From positions 832,001-896,000 of the forward strand of contig CAXRHT010000002.1 in assembly GCA_964230645.1 (NCBI GenBank): a stretch of 64,000 nucleotides of DNA, written 5' to 3'. A program made the translations under genes and the position numbers. Position 1 is the stretch's first letter, and every line of letters starts with the position of its first letter. Shown here one piece after another: positions 1-9,657 of the stretch. Source of the DNA: Bdellovibrionales bacterium (lineage in GTDB: Bacteria; Bdellovibrionota; Bdellovibrionia; Bdellovibrionales; JAGQZY01). The notes under the pieces were generated by a model. It was not told the DNA's origin. It did not search any database and was given only the letters and a program-made list of their open reading frames with translations.

Positions 1-243
1 GGGAACTCGGCCGTAGTCATAGCCTTCTCTCGCGTAGATTTCTTGTACCTCGTTGATATCTTCCAGAACACGTGTTGGTAGATGCTCATCGACCAGAGTT
101 TCACACTGCTGCTTTGAAACAGAATCAAGACAACAAGTGACACCTTGGTATTCATAATTGTTTTGTGGACATACGAAACTCTCGCCGGCAAAAAGCTCTT
201 GGTGGGCGAGAACTAAAAGGAAAATAATAAGAGTGTGCTTCAT
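1..243 (-). CDS. Hypothetical secreted protein, N-terminal part (runs off the window edge)
   Basis: Own translation: ATG at 243, MKHTLIIFLLVLAHQELFAGESFVCPQNN..., frame open to position 1, signal-peptide-like N-terminus. Confidence 0.6.
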   Translation of the reverse strand, partial: MKHTLIIFLLVLAHQELFAGESFVCPQNNYEYQGVTCCLDSVSKQQCETLVDEHLPTRVLEDINEVQEIYAREGYDYGRVP

Positions 244-334
244 TGTTGAAATCTAACGAGAACCTCCTGGAAGGTCCTCTGATTTCCCAATTTTTGAAAT
301 ATTTTCGTTGATTTCAGATTATTTAGCGTCGGCT

Positions 335-661
335 TTAAACGCGGAAGGAAATTCCACAGGCACAGGTTTTTTTAGCGTTCGGATTGTTGAACACGAAACC
401 TTGGCCATTGAGTCCGCCCTCAAAATCGAGAGTCATACCAATAAGATGCAAATAGCTTGTTGTGTCCACGACGAGCTTCTGCCCTTCGCTTTCGAAAACT
501 TTGTCGCTGTCTTTAACCTCAGTAGTGAAATCCATTTTATAGGACATACCTGAACAGCCACCCTTTTCTACATACACTCGTAAAAGAGCGTGATCGGGTT
601 GCTCCTCATCTTCTCTGAGTCTTCGAACTTGTTTAATGGCTTTTTCAGTGATTTGAATCAT
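335..661 (-). CDS. iscA: A-type Fe-S cluster carrier (IscA/ErpA/HesB family)
   Basis: GGCSGMSY and FNNPNAKKTCACG motifs; directly downstream of a cysteine desulfurase. Confidence 0.92.
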   Translation of the reverse strand: MIQITEKAIKQVRRLREDEEQPDHALLRVYVEKGGCSGMSYKMDFTTEVKDSDKVFESEGQKLVVDTTSYLHLIGMTLDFEGGLNGQGFVFNNPNAKKTCACGISFRV

Positions 662-675
662 GGGTCTATTATAAC

Positions 676-1833
676 TTATTTGTTTTCGGAATGGAAGCTT
701 TTGGCTTCTTCAATCGCTTTTATCACCCGCTCGACAACATATTCCAGCTCATCCTGTGTTGTGCCGTGTCCGATTCCAAACCGAATGGTTTGCCGGGCCT
801 CTTGGTCACTCAGGCCAATGGCGCTTAAGACATGACTTGTTGACGTATTTCCCGAAGTACAGGCTGAGCTGGAACTAAATCCCACTTTGGGAAGCTTTAA
901 AAGTAGCTTATCAACGGTCATATTTTTAAAGGTGAAGCTCATATTATTGGGAAGGCGCTCGGTTGGGTGACCATTGAGCTGAACCTCACCTGTGGCAAGA
1001 AGCCTCTCAATCACCTCATCCCGCATTTTTTCGAGCCTAGGGGTTTCCTTTTCCCAATGGTTCATAGCCCACTCACAGGCCACACCAAGCCCTACAATTG
1101 AGGGGACGTCCACAGTACCTGCGCGCATTCCTCTCTGTTGGCCCCCACCACAGAAAAGTGGAGCGAGAGTAGTCTTATCTTTAATAAGCAAAGCACCCAC
1201 CCCTTTAGGAGCATAGAGTTTATGCCCTGAAAAACTGAGAAAATCGATATCAAGCTCGTTAAAATTAATTGGGACCTTCCCCACACATTGGGCCGCATCC
1301 ACATGGATTACCAAATAAGGATAATCTTTCTTAAGAGCGCATATTTTATCTATGGGGTTGAGGGTGCCAATCTCGTTATTTCCATAAATAAAAGAAAGGA
1401 GAGTGGGAACCTCTTGTTTTAATTCCTGTTTTAAGATCTCAAGATTGATCCTTCCAAAGTTATCGACATCGATCACCTCGATCTTAGCACCCAATTCCCC
1501 CGCCCAATCACAGGCCCCATAGGTCGCCTTATGTTCTGTGCTGGAAGTGAGGATTTTGGAATTTTTATTCTTTTTCGTCCAACCGATGATCGCCCAATGC
1601 AAAGACTCGGTCGCACCACTGGTGAAATACACTTGTGAGGGCTTTGCACCCACTAGGTCAGCGACTTGCTTCGTACTTTTTGATATCGCCATTTCCGCTT
1701 TCCAACCCCATCGATGGGTGGAATTGGCGTTTCCAAAATGGTTACAAAAATAAGGACTCATGGCTTCCATAACCTCGGGAAGAACAGGAGTGGTCGCGTG
1801 ATAATCAAGATAGATTTCTTTTTTCTCTTCCAT
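676..1833 (-). CDS. iscS: Cysteine desulfurase (IscS/NifS family)
   Basis: YLDYHATTP, FTSGATES, HVDAAQ, SGHKLYAPKG (PLP lysine), SACTSG catalytic Cys. Confidence 0.93.
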   Translation of the reverse strand: MEEKKEIYLDYHATTPVLPEVMEAMSPYFCNHFGNANSTHRWGWKAEMAISKSTKQVADLVGAKPSQVYFTSGATESLHWAIIGWTKKNKNSKILTSSTEHKATYGACDWAGELGAKIEVIDVDNFGRINLEILKQELKQEVPTLLSFIYGNNEIGTLNPIDKICALKKDYPYLVIHVDAAQCVGKVPINFNELDIDFLSFSGHKLYAPKGVGALLIKDKTTLAPLFCGGGQQRGMRAGTVDVPSIVGLGVACEWAMNHWEKETPRLEKMRDEVIERLLATGEVQLNGHPTERLPNNMSFTFKNMTVDKLLLKLPKVGFSSSSACTSGNTSTSHVLSAIGLSDQEARQTIRFGIGHGTTQDELEYVVERVIKAIEEAKSFHSENK

Positions 1834-1835
1834 AA

Positions 1836-2516
1836 CTATTCTTTACTTTGGCTTTGGTTTTTATTGGGGCGTCTACGACGGCGATTTCTCTTTTTCTTAG
1901 GCCCTTGTGACTTACTACCACCCTCACTGGAAGAGCTCGCTTGCTGCCCTTTGCGACGGCGATTACCGCTGCGCTTTTTTGAGCCCTTTTTCGATTTTTT
2001 CTTTTTACCAGTGTAGAAGTCACCGTAAAAGGAATCACGGCGATCCAAATTGGGATCTCCCTTAAAAGCCTCCACTTTTACTTTTTCAACTTCCACTTCC
2101 TTTTCTTCATTGAGTTCCACATCGTCAGCCACGACGTTGTCCATAATTCCACCGAGAACAGCCTTGGACTCTTCTCCGTCTTTTCGCGCCATGCGCTCGC
2201 GCGGTTTTTGAGAAACTCTTTTTTCTTTCTCTAGTTGTTCGGAAAGATCAACGATCACATCACCAAAACAGCGAAGCTGACAAGAAAGGCGAGACATATC
2301 CACATAGTGGGCCGTACCAATAAGGTCTAATTCTTTTTTTGAAGGGGGAAGCACATGGTGTTCCCCTTCTTTAATTTGCACTCGGCACTCAGCACAGGAA
2401 GGTATTCCTTTACATACGGATTGAATATGATGACCCGATCTTTGTGCAAGATGCAGGATGGTTTCATTAAATTCAATTTCATATTCTTCGCCCGAGGGCA
2501 AGAATTTGACTTTCAT
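1836..2516 (-). CDS. 2Fe-2S ferredoxin with long Lys/Arg-rich C-terminal extension
   Basis: CKGIPSCAEC...RLSCQ adrenodoxin-type cysteine pattern in the first ~90 aa, then an acidic segment and a highly basic low-complexity tail. Confidence 0.85.
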   Translation of the reverse strand: MKVKFLPSGEEYEIEFNETILHLAQRSGHHIQSVCKGIPSCAECRVQIKEGEHHVLPPSKKELDLIGTAHYVDMSRLSCQLRCFGDVIVDLSEQLEKEKRVSQKPRERMARKDGEESKAVLGGIMDNVVADDVELNEEKEVEVEKVKVEAFKGDPNLDRRDSFYGDFYTGKKKKSKKGSKKRSGNRRRKGQQASSSSEGGSKSQGPKKKRNRRRRRPNKNQSQSKE

Positions 2517-2536
2517 TGAAATCCTCTCAGTTGCGG

Positions 2537-4102
2537 TTATCGAGCGTGTTCAACGGCGCGAGACTCTCTCACCACTGAAATTTTAATCTGACCAGGATAC
2601 TTCAACTCTCGTTCAATCTTTCTAGCAATGTCACGGCTGAGCATCACAGACTGCTCGTCTGTTACTCTTGAACTATCCACAATCACGCGAATCTCACGAC
2701 CGGCTTGAATGGCAAATGTTCTCTCGACTCCGTCAAAACTATTAGCCACAGACTCAAGATCTTCAAGACGTTGAATATAGTTTTCCATAATAGACTTTCT
2801 AGCTCCAGGGCGAGCGGAGCTGATCGCATCAGCAGCCATCACTAGGTAGGAAAGCATTGTTCTTGGTTTTTCATCCTCGTGATGAGAGCGAATGGCATGA
2901 CAAACTTTTTCGTTTTCACCGTAGCGCTTAGCGAAGTCAGCACCAATCACCGCATGAGATCCCTCAATGCTGTGGTCCATTGCTTTTCCTAAATCATGGA
3001 AAAGTCCGGCGCGACGAGCGGCTTTCACATCAGCGCCCACTTCGGCCGCCATTAAACCTGCCAACATCCCCACTTCAAGAGAGTGAGAGTAGTTGTTTTG
3101 GGCATAAGAGGTACGGAACTTTAGACTTCCAAGAGTTTTATGGATTTCTCCGTGCACTCCTTGAAGACCAAGTTCTAGACAAGCCTTTTCCCCTTCGGAT
3201 TTAATATATTTAAAAAGTCCTTTTTTGGTTTTATCGATCACTTCTTCAATTCGCCCCGGATGAATTCTTCCATCTTCCATCAGCGTTTCAAGGGAGCGCC
3301 TAGCCACTTCTCTACGAACGGGGTCAAAACCTGAGATGACCACAGCTTCTGGAGTTTCATCGATAATAAGATCGACCCCACAGAGGGACTCGATAGCTCG
3401 AATGTTTCGTCCTTCACGACCAATGATCTTTCCTTTCAACTCTTCGTTGGGAAGAGGAATCACGGACACTGTTTTCTCAGTGGTGAATTCCCCGGCGTAA
3501 CGAGAAATGGCCATACCAATAATTCTTTTCGCCTTTTGCTCCGCACGAGTTTTAGCATCCTCTTCGATACTAATCACATTTTTTGCGGCTTCAGCCCTAG
3601 CTTCTTCTTCTAGAGATCTTTTTAGTTCTTCTTTGGCTTCCTCAGGAGAAAGGTTAGCAGAACTTTTGAGTTTTTCTGTTAACTCACTGATTTTTTGTTT
3701 GGCGTCTCTTTCAAGGTCAGACATTCGACTTTCGTGAGCTTTAACGGTCTCTTCTCGTTTTTTAAGCTCCACCTCGCTGCCCTGAAGTTTCTCTTCTTTT
3801 TTTCGATACTCTTTTTCCAATTGTTTTTGACGATCTTTAAGCTTGTCTTCTTCTTTTTTCAGTTCGTCTTTTTGGCGGCGAATATCTTTTTCCGCATTCT
3901 TCTTGGCTCTTACTTCAAAGTCTTTTCCTTTCTTTTCGGCACGATCCATTATCTTTTTTGATTCGCTTTTGGCGCGATTGACGATTTTATCAGCTTCAAT
4001 TTGAGCTGACTTCTTCTGGGAGTTTTCCACCATTTTTTTGTAAGCAAAAAATAGGGCGGCTCCCACCACCAATCCGATCGCTAAGCTTATTACACTAACC
4101 AT
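2537..4102 (-). CDS. rny: Ribonuclease Y
   Basis: N-terminal TM, coiled coil, KH (KGKIIGREGRNIR), HD (GLFHDLGK), C-terminal AIQAGREIRV; start moved to ATG 4102 (GAGG RBS). Confidence 0.97.
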   Translation of the reverse strand: MVSVISLAIGLVVGAALFFAYKKMVENSQKKSAQIEADKIVNRAKSESKKIMDRAEKKGKDFEVRAKKNAEKDIRRQKDELKKEEDKLKDRQKQLEKEYRKKEEKLQGSEVELKKREETVKAHESRMSDLERDAKQKISELTEKLKSSANLSPEEAKEELKRSLEEEARAEAAKNVISIEEDAKTRAEQKAKRIIGMAISRYAGEFTTEKTVSVIPLPNEELKGKIIGREGRNIRAIESLCGVDLIIDETPEAVVISGFDPVRREVARRSLETLMEDGRIHPGRIEEVIDKTKKGLFKYIKSEGEKACLELGLQGVHGEIHKTLGSLKFRTSYAQNNYSHSLEVGMLAGLMAAEVGADVKAARRAGLFHDLGKAMDHSIEGSHAVIGADFAKRYGENEKVCHAIRSHHEDEKPRTMLSYLVMAADAISSARPGARKSIMENYIQRLEDLESVANSFDGVERTFAIQAGREIRVIVDSSRVTDEQSVMLSRDIARKIERELKYPGQIKISVVRESRAVEHAR

Positions 4103-4676
4103 GATTAACCTCACTTTGGTCCACTTCAATCCACTCTCGGGGACTGACTACAATATCTAGTTTCTGATCATGAGACTCGCTAGGAAGCCTCTTTTTTGTT
4201 ATCGATTCGTCAAAGGCCACCCCTAGCTTCGGGCCTTTAAAGTTTAAAAGAAAACGGTCGTAATAGCCTCCGCCACGCCCTAATCGATTCCCTGAAGAAT
4301 CAAAAGCGAGACCAGGAACAATACAACCTGTGATTTGTTCGGATGTGACCTCAGTGCCTTTAATGTCTTGAGGCTCTCCGAGTCCCATGGGACTGGTTAA
4401 AAACTCACCCATATTTTTAGCCTTATAAAAGCGCATTTGAGTTTTTGAGGTCACACGCGGAAAAGCCCACTCAATATGAGAACAAACTTCCAAAAGAGAA
4501 GTTAAATTGGGCTCATCATCTAAAGGAGCAAAAAGAGTCCAAACACCCTTTTTGTTTCTAAGGTAGAACTGCAGTTTTTCGCAAATTTTTCGCGACTGCT
4601 GAATTTTATTTTCTGGATTCACTTCCTTCACTCTCGTCTTATAAAAAGAGCGAAGGTCACTTTTTTCAGTATCCAC
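4095..4676 (-). CDS. ygfA: 5-formyltetrahydrofolate cyclo-ligase
   Basis: IVPGLAFDSSGNRLGRGGGYYDRFL signature; zapA-ygfA-rny synteny. Confidence 0.93.
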   Translation of the reverse strand: MDTEKSDLRSFYKTRVKEVNPENKIQQSRKICEKLQFYLRNKKGVWTLFAPLDDEPNLTSLLEVCSHIEWAFPRVTSKTQMRFYKAKNMGEFLTSPMGLGEPQDIKGTEVTSEQITGCIVPGLAFDSSGNRLGRGGGYYDRFLLNFKGPKLGVAFDESITKKRLPSESHDQKLDIVVSPREWIEVDQSEVNHG

Positions 4677-4744
4677 AAATATCCCTATGACCCTTTACAA
4701 CAGGGGTCACTCACAAAAATTAAAATCTAGTGGCTGATCTAAGA

Positions 4745-5026
4745 TCAGCTAGGACTTTGTCGAAAATGGGAAATTTGCTCAAGAGTTTGAGCTTCGAGGC
4801 TATCAAGTTCTTCTTTCGTTTTCTGACGTAGCAAATAGAGTTCTTCAGCTAGACGTAAACAGGCTAAAAGCGCCGAGTTTCGTAAAGAGGTTTTAGCTAG
4901 CTTGTCGTCCATTTGCGATTCAACCATTTTTAAAATTTCATCCACCGTTTGTTGATCATGACTTGATTTCAAACGGAGAGGCACACCAGCAATCTCAACT
5001 TCATATGTTTTAATATCCTGTTGCAT
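4745..5026 (-). CDS. zapA: Cell division protein ZapA
   Basis: YEVEIAGVPLRL...ALLACLRLAEEL pattern, size 93 aa, synteny. Confidence 0.85.
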   Translation of the reverse strand: MQQDIKTYEVEIAGVPLRLKSSHDQQTVDEILKMVESQMDDKLAKTSLRNSALLACLRLAEELYLLRQKTKEELDSLEAQTLEQISHFRQSPS

Positions 5027-5253
5027 TGGGGCCTCATTTTCTACAAGTTCCTATAATTATTAGTAATATTATTGGCTTGAGGGGTCAAGTTTTGGTCTCA
5101 AAAAGAGTCCAGATTGAGCGAAAATGGACCTGGATTTAGTGATTTGGCCCGAATAAAGGCTAGGTAATGCAAGGCATTGCCAAAATATGCTCAGCTCCGC
5201 TCCGAACCTATGAGCCGCTGCGATCCAGTGATGAGCGGCCTTCCTTAAGTCCC

Positions 5254-6255
5254 TTAGAGGTAAATTTTGAGCTGATCCTCATTTTTAAGGTAGCGGAAGT
5301 TTCTCTTGAGAAGAGAGTCCGTTTTTTTCTCAAGCTCCGGTAGAGGTGCTTCAATCTTAAGCTTCTCGGCTCGATCAATAATCTTCTCTAGTCCCCAGGT
5401 GGCCTCATATTTAAAGACGCCCTCGCGCTTAGAAATCTGCTCACTGTGCTCCTTTTTCTTTTTCTTAAGAAAGCGAGCTAAGGAATAGCAAGCCTGGCGC
5501 TTGGAGTTCATGAAAAAGGTGCTCTTTAAGTCATGGTCCAAACGACGTACAGCCGAATTACGCCTCTCATTTTTGAGTTGGCGGTAATGGCTCGCTAGAA
5601 CTGTGCGATTCTTTTCAATCGGCTCAATTCGGAAAGAGTTTTTAAGCTTTGGCTTTTTATGGCGGATCTCACGAATCATAGTGTTCATCACTTGAAACTT
5701 GGCCTCAACTTGAGGACTTCCTTTAAGAAAACGAACGTTTTTGTGCGGGTCCAACCAATAGGCAAAGGTTTCAGCAAAATCCTCATCAGGATGACTCTGG
5801 GCATAGTGGTCGCCAAGATAGTGCACATAATTTTTGGAATAGGGCTTTGGCTGATACTGGCTGGGATAATCCTTTTTAGGTGAACCAAAAACCTGCTGCC
5901 TACGAGGATGGGCTCTCAATCCATAGGCATTGTCTATGGCGTGACCAAGCTCATGGCGCATTAATTTTAGAATCTCCTCTTCGTTCTTGCCATCCACAAA
6001 ACCCAGTTCGTCTTTTTGAATTTCCATAAGTTCTGGATGAAAGAGATAAAAAGGAAGTGCAAAACCGGGTACCCCATCGGGGCAAAACCATTCATCAGAA
6101 ACCCACAGATGAAAATCAAAGGCTAACCCCTTATCACGCAACTCTTGACGAATGAAGGATTTGTAACGCTTAAGCCTTGAATCCACATCGATCAGAGGAA
6201 GATGCCTCATCTCTCGTGATAAAAAATCTTTTTTTTGCAACTTTAATGATCCCAT
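5254..6255 (-). CDS. Putative zinc-binding metallopeptidase
   Basis: RHELGHA (HExxH) plus YAQSHPDEDFAETFA motif. Confidence 0.8.
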   Translation of the reverse strand: MGSLKLQKKDFLSREMRHLPLIDVDSRLKRYKSFIRQELRDKGLAFDFHLWVSDEWFCPDGVPGFALPFYLFHPELMEIQKDELGFVDGKNEEEILKLMRHELGHAIDNAYGLRAHPRRQQVFGSPKKDYPSQYQPKPYSKNYVHYLGDHYAQSHPDEDFAETFAYWLDPHKNVRFLKGSPQVEAKFQVMNTMIREIRHKKPKLKNSFRIEPIEKNRTVLASHYRQLKNERRNSAVRRLDHDLKSTFFMNSKRQACYSLARFLKKKKKEHSEQISKREGVFKYEATWGLEKIIDRAEKLKIEAPLPELEKKTDSLLKRNFRYLKNEDQLKIYL

Positions 6256-6344
6256 AGTGCCCCTACCATAGTGATTCCCTTGTTATTTTTCAACTTTCTC
6301 TGAAAAAGCTTCACCTGTGTCAAAAAAGTGATGAGTTCTTTGTA

Positions 6345-7184
6345 CTACAAATCGTAAAGAGTCGCTGGTGCGTACCGCGGAAGAAGGATTGGCTGTACTT
6401 GCTGCAGAATAGAAAGCAAAGCTTCCGCCTGCAAAGTTGTTAATTCAGAGGCATTCTGATTTTGCCCTGAAGTTTCAATAAACTCAGCTAGGATCGCACG
6501 TTCCTTTTGCGACAGCATATGAGCGTGGGTGTCTTTAAAGACGAGAGCGTAGTTAGTAACATTTTTAAGAGCCTCAGTGAGACTTGAAAGTTGTTTTTCT
6601 TTTAGGCTGTGCCCATTGTCCAAAAGTCCGAGATAGGAAAGAGCGATCTGAAATTTATTACCCATAGAGTGACGACTGTTGCCTTCAGAACGATTAAGTC
6701 CCTCATGCAAATGTTCTCTTTGAGGGTCAAACCTCTGCAGATCGGCATCAGGATCGATAATGAGTCCTGAAGCCTGGTGTTCCCTCAAGGCCTCGACACT
6801 ATTTTCAACCGAAGCCAGTTCAACTTGATAGGGATAAACCCCCTCTTGCTCTATAAGCTCCTGCACAAAACCCGAAGTCTCATTGGCCTCAACCACTCGA
6901 ACTCCATTAAAATCCTCTTGCACCTTCAATTCTCCACCCCAAAGAATCTCACTGACACCACTCGCCTCGTCAAAAAGCCCCCGGTGTCCACGCCCTAAAT
7001 AAGGGCCAACAAGAAGCTTTGTCTTCCCACTGGTCAACCGCACTAAAAGCCCCACATAGTAATGGTTCTCAACAGAACCCTCTGGAAGCTGAAAAACCTG
7101 AAAACAAGCTTTCTGAGCATAGGAAGGAGACACGCCAAGACTCAAAACAAAAAATACGAAAAAAGAGCCAAGAATGTGACGCAA
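6345..7184 (-). CDS. Hypothetical secreted protein
   Basis: 279 aa ORF with signal-peptide-like N-terminus; no family recognised. Confidence 0.6.
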   Translation of the reverse strand: MRHILGSFFVFFVLSLGVSPSYAQKACFQVFQLPEGSVENHYYVGLLVRLTSGKTKLLVGPYLGRGHRGLFDEASGVSEILWGGELKVQEDFNGVRVVEANETSGFVQELIEQEGVYPYQVELASVENSVEALREHQASGLIIDPDADLQRFDPQREHLHEGLNRSEGNSRHSMGNKFQIALSYLGLLDNGHSLKEKQLSSLTEALKNVTNYALVFKDTHAHMLSQKERAILAEFIETSGQNQNASELTTLQAEALLSILQQVQPILLPRYAPATLYDL

Positions 7185-7310
7185 AATAGAAATCCTTAGT
7201 TTAGTAGATTAGCACCTATTTTAAGGATTTCTTGATAATTAGCCATTGCCTTTGAAAAGAAGAGAGACCTGTAAACAGAATAGACAATGATGGTCCCATT
7301 AAGAAGAACT

Positions 7311-7471
7311 TCGCTCGAACCACGATAGCCTATGCTTTCGGAATCAGTAAAAAATGAACCTCCTTAAAGCGGACGCGTTTTCGCCCAAAGGGCGAAATTA
7401 AGGTTAGGCAGGAGCCGCGGTTCATTTTTTACTGATTCCGAAAGCATAGGCTAACGAGGCCCTTCGAGCGA
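7311..7471. repeat. Long inverted repeat / hairpin (element C)
   Basis: Perfect 35-bp arms 7326-7360 and 7419-7453, extra outer pairing 7311-7319/7463-7471, internal hairpin TTTCGCCC-AAA-GGGCGAAA. Confidence 0.9.
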
Positions 7472-7494
7472 GCTTCGACAGGTCCTTCGGCTTC

Positions 7495-7578
7495 GCCTCA
7501 GGACGACAAACGAGAGCCTCAAGATAACAAACGAGAGCCTTCGGACGTCAATTGGGAGCCTTAGAATGACAAATGAAA
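7495..7578 (+). repeat. Four degenerate 21-bp tandem repeats
   Basis: GCCTCAGGACGACAAACGAGA / GCCTCAAGATAACAAACGAGA / GCCTTCGGACGTCAATTGGGA / GCCTTAGAATGACAAATGAAA. Confidence 0.75.
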
Positions 7579-7616
7579 AAAAAAGCCAGAGGAAACCTGG
7601 TGTTTTCCTCTGGCTT
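7576..7616 (-). terminator. Rho-independent terminator
   Basis: Stem AAGCCAGAGGAAA/TTTCCTCTGGCTT with an A-run on the left (U-tract on the minus strand), just after the stop at 7642. Confidence 0.8.
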
Positions 7617-7641
7617 AAACAAAAGAGAGTTTCGATTAGAT

Positions 7642-8151
7642 TTACAATTTGTACTGAGCAAATTGCTGTTGCTTTTTAAATTCCTTGAGTTCGATTAAGA
7701 TGTCGCCAAGACGATATTTTGCCTTCTCACTGTTGAGGTATTTATTTAAGAGGTCGGCTCGGTTGGTCTTTCCTTGATCAAGAGCTTCGACATTGGTGTT
7801 AAAAATTTCACGGTCATAGGAGCGCGCCAGTGGATTTTCACGTAAGATGAGTCGATGAAGAGACATAACAAAGGATTGATTCGAAACGTGTCTGTGGTTT
7901 TTCTTATCAACGCCGTAGATTTCTTTGACGGTTTCTTTTAATGAATCATAGCTTGGGTTTTGGGCCAACTTTTCATAAAGACCGAGAAATTCCTTTTCTT
8001 TCATCTCGTTTTTGTTCACCCATTCATTCACTTCCAAAATAAAGCTAGTGGAATCAAACTCATACTTAGATGTATCGAATTCGCCCAAAGCAATTTTTGA
8101 AATGCTAATGAGTAAAAAGATCGTCATGATTTTCTTCCCTAAATTCTTCAT
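7642..8151 (-). CDS. Hypothetical secreted protein
   Basis: MKNLGKKIMTIFLLISISKIALG signal-like start with GGAG RBS; followed by a terminator. Confidence 0.65.
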   Translation of the reverse strand: MKNLGKKIMTIFLLISISKIALGEFDTSKYEFDSTSFILEVNEWVNKNEMKEKEFLGLYEKLAQNPSYDSLKETVKEIYGVDKKNHRHVSNQSFVMSLHRLILRENPLARSYDREIFNTNVEALDQGKTNRADLLNKYLNSEKAKYRLGDILIELKEFKKQQQFAQYKL

Positions 8152-8358
8152 TCTCTCCCCCTTATGGATTGAATCAGCCCTCATTTACTAATTTATCAAA
8201 GCCCCTTGGGCCTTAATATCCACAAAAACATCAAATCTTGTCTCATTTTGATGAGAATGGAGGTAAATTCGGCTCAAGTTGCAGAAACTCAGTCCTTTTC
8301 AAGTCCTAGCAAGGCTTTAAAGTCTGTGATATAGCCCTATCTTCGAGATGAGGTAAAT

Positions 8359-9405
8359 ATGGCTGAAATACTAAATAATGTGGAGTTGTTATCTTATATA
8401 GCCGGGGGCCTTGCCACCTTGGGCGTGGGCGGTCTTGGTGTCTATTTTTTCCGGAAACCGAGTCAATCTAAACAAGCCCCTCCCGCACCAAGTGGACGTA
8501 AAGACTACCGCTCTTTAGAAGATGCCCTTTCAAAAACAAGAGAAGGGTTTTGGGGTAAAGTAAAAAATCAATTCTCCGGTCAAACCATCTCGGCTAAAGA
8601 AATCGAAAGTTTAGAGGAGGCTCTTTACACTAGTGACTTGGGCCCTAAAACTGTGGATCACCTTATTTCAAAAGTGAGCGGCTCAATGAATGGTGAGGGC
8701 ATGAGTCTTGAGAGTCTACACCAATCTTTAAAATCAGAGCTCAACCAAATATTCACTGACATTGAAACAAAGGAACTAGCCACCAAAGAAGGTAAGCCCA
8801 CCACTGTCTGGATGATCGTGGGCGTGAATGGGGCCGGAAAAACCACAACCATTGGAAAACTAGCAAGCCAACAAGTCGCAAAGGGTAAGAGAGTTTTAAT
8901 TGCAGCCGGTGATACTTTCCGTGCTGCAGCCGACGAGCAGCTTAAAGTGTGGGCCACAAGAGCTGAGGTTGAAATTTACAGTCCAGAGGGCATCAAAGAT
9001 CCAAGTGCTGTGGCCTTTGATGCTGTCCAAAAAGGTGTCTCTAAAGATTTCGATTTAGTGATTGTCGATACGGCCGGTCGCCTCCATACTCAAAAAAACT
9101 TGATGGAAGAGCTTAAAAAAATGAAGCGAGTGATGGGAAAAGCGCTTGAAGGTTCTCCGGATGAAACTCTTCTTGTTTTAGATGCCAACTCTGGTCAAAA
9201 TGCTCTTATGCAGACAGAACAGTTCCATACTGCTTTAGATGTTACAGGAGTTATTCTCACTAAAATGGATGGTTCCGCCAAAGGAGGCGTGGCTGTGGGA
9301 ATTGCTTGTGAGCACCAACTTCCCATTAAAATGATTGGTGTGGGCGAGAAAATTGAAGACTTAAGGCCTTTTGATTCAAAGGCCTTCGTCAATTCCATAT
9401 TATAA
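8359..9405 (+). CDS. ftsY: Signal recognition particle receptor FtsY
   Basis: GVNGAGKTTT, DTFRAAA, DTAGR, TKMDGSAKGG, GVGEKIEDL; N-terminal hydrophobic segment. Confidence 0.97.
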   Translation: MAEILNNVELLSYIAGGLATLGVGGLGVYFFRKPSQSKQAPPAPSGRKDYRSLEDALSKTREGFWGKVKNQFSGQTISAKEIESLEEALYTSDLGPKTVDHLISKVSGSMNGEGMSLESLHQSLKSELNQIFTDIETKELATKEGKPTTVWMIVGVNGAGKTTTIGKLASQQVAKGKRVLIAAGDTFRAAADEQLKVWATRAEVEIYSPEGIKDPSAVAFDAVQKGVSKDFDLVIVDTAGRLHTQKNLMEELKKMKRVMGKALEGSPDETLLVLDANSGQNALMQTEQFHTALDVTGVILTKMDGSAKGGVAVGIACEHQLPIKMIGVGEKIEDLRPFDSKAFVNSIL

Positions 9406-9657
9406 GGTTTATCCTTTCTGCAATTTGTGGGGATAACCTAAAACGGGAGTGTCGCTGTCGCGAATCACACTCTTGGTGATGCTTCCTAAAATATTAGCCT
9501 CAAATGTTTAAGAGGAATCGAATACTTGTGCATGGTCCTATAAGGTTTCCTCGACCCTTCGTTACAATTTCGAACTTTTATTCGCATTTCCTGATTTTTA
9601 TCATAATTTTAAAGACTCAAGCGACATAAACTGAAGTTTCAACGAAAGGCCCGCATC

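Noticed and set aside
5163..5240. Small hairpins with fragments resembling the A/B core (CGCTGCG, CAGTGATG, reverse TAGGTTCG)
   Set aside because: Matches are short, in mixed orientation and lack long arms; I cannot distinguish them from chance
7495..7578. CRISPR array
   Set aside because: Units abut with no unique spacers, are only 21 bp and degenerate, and there are no cas genes
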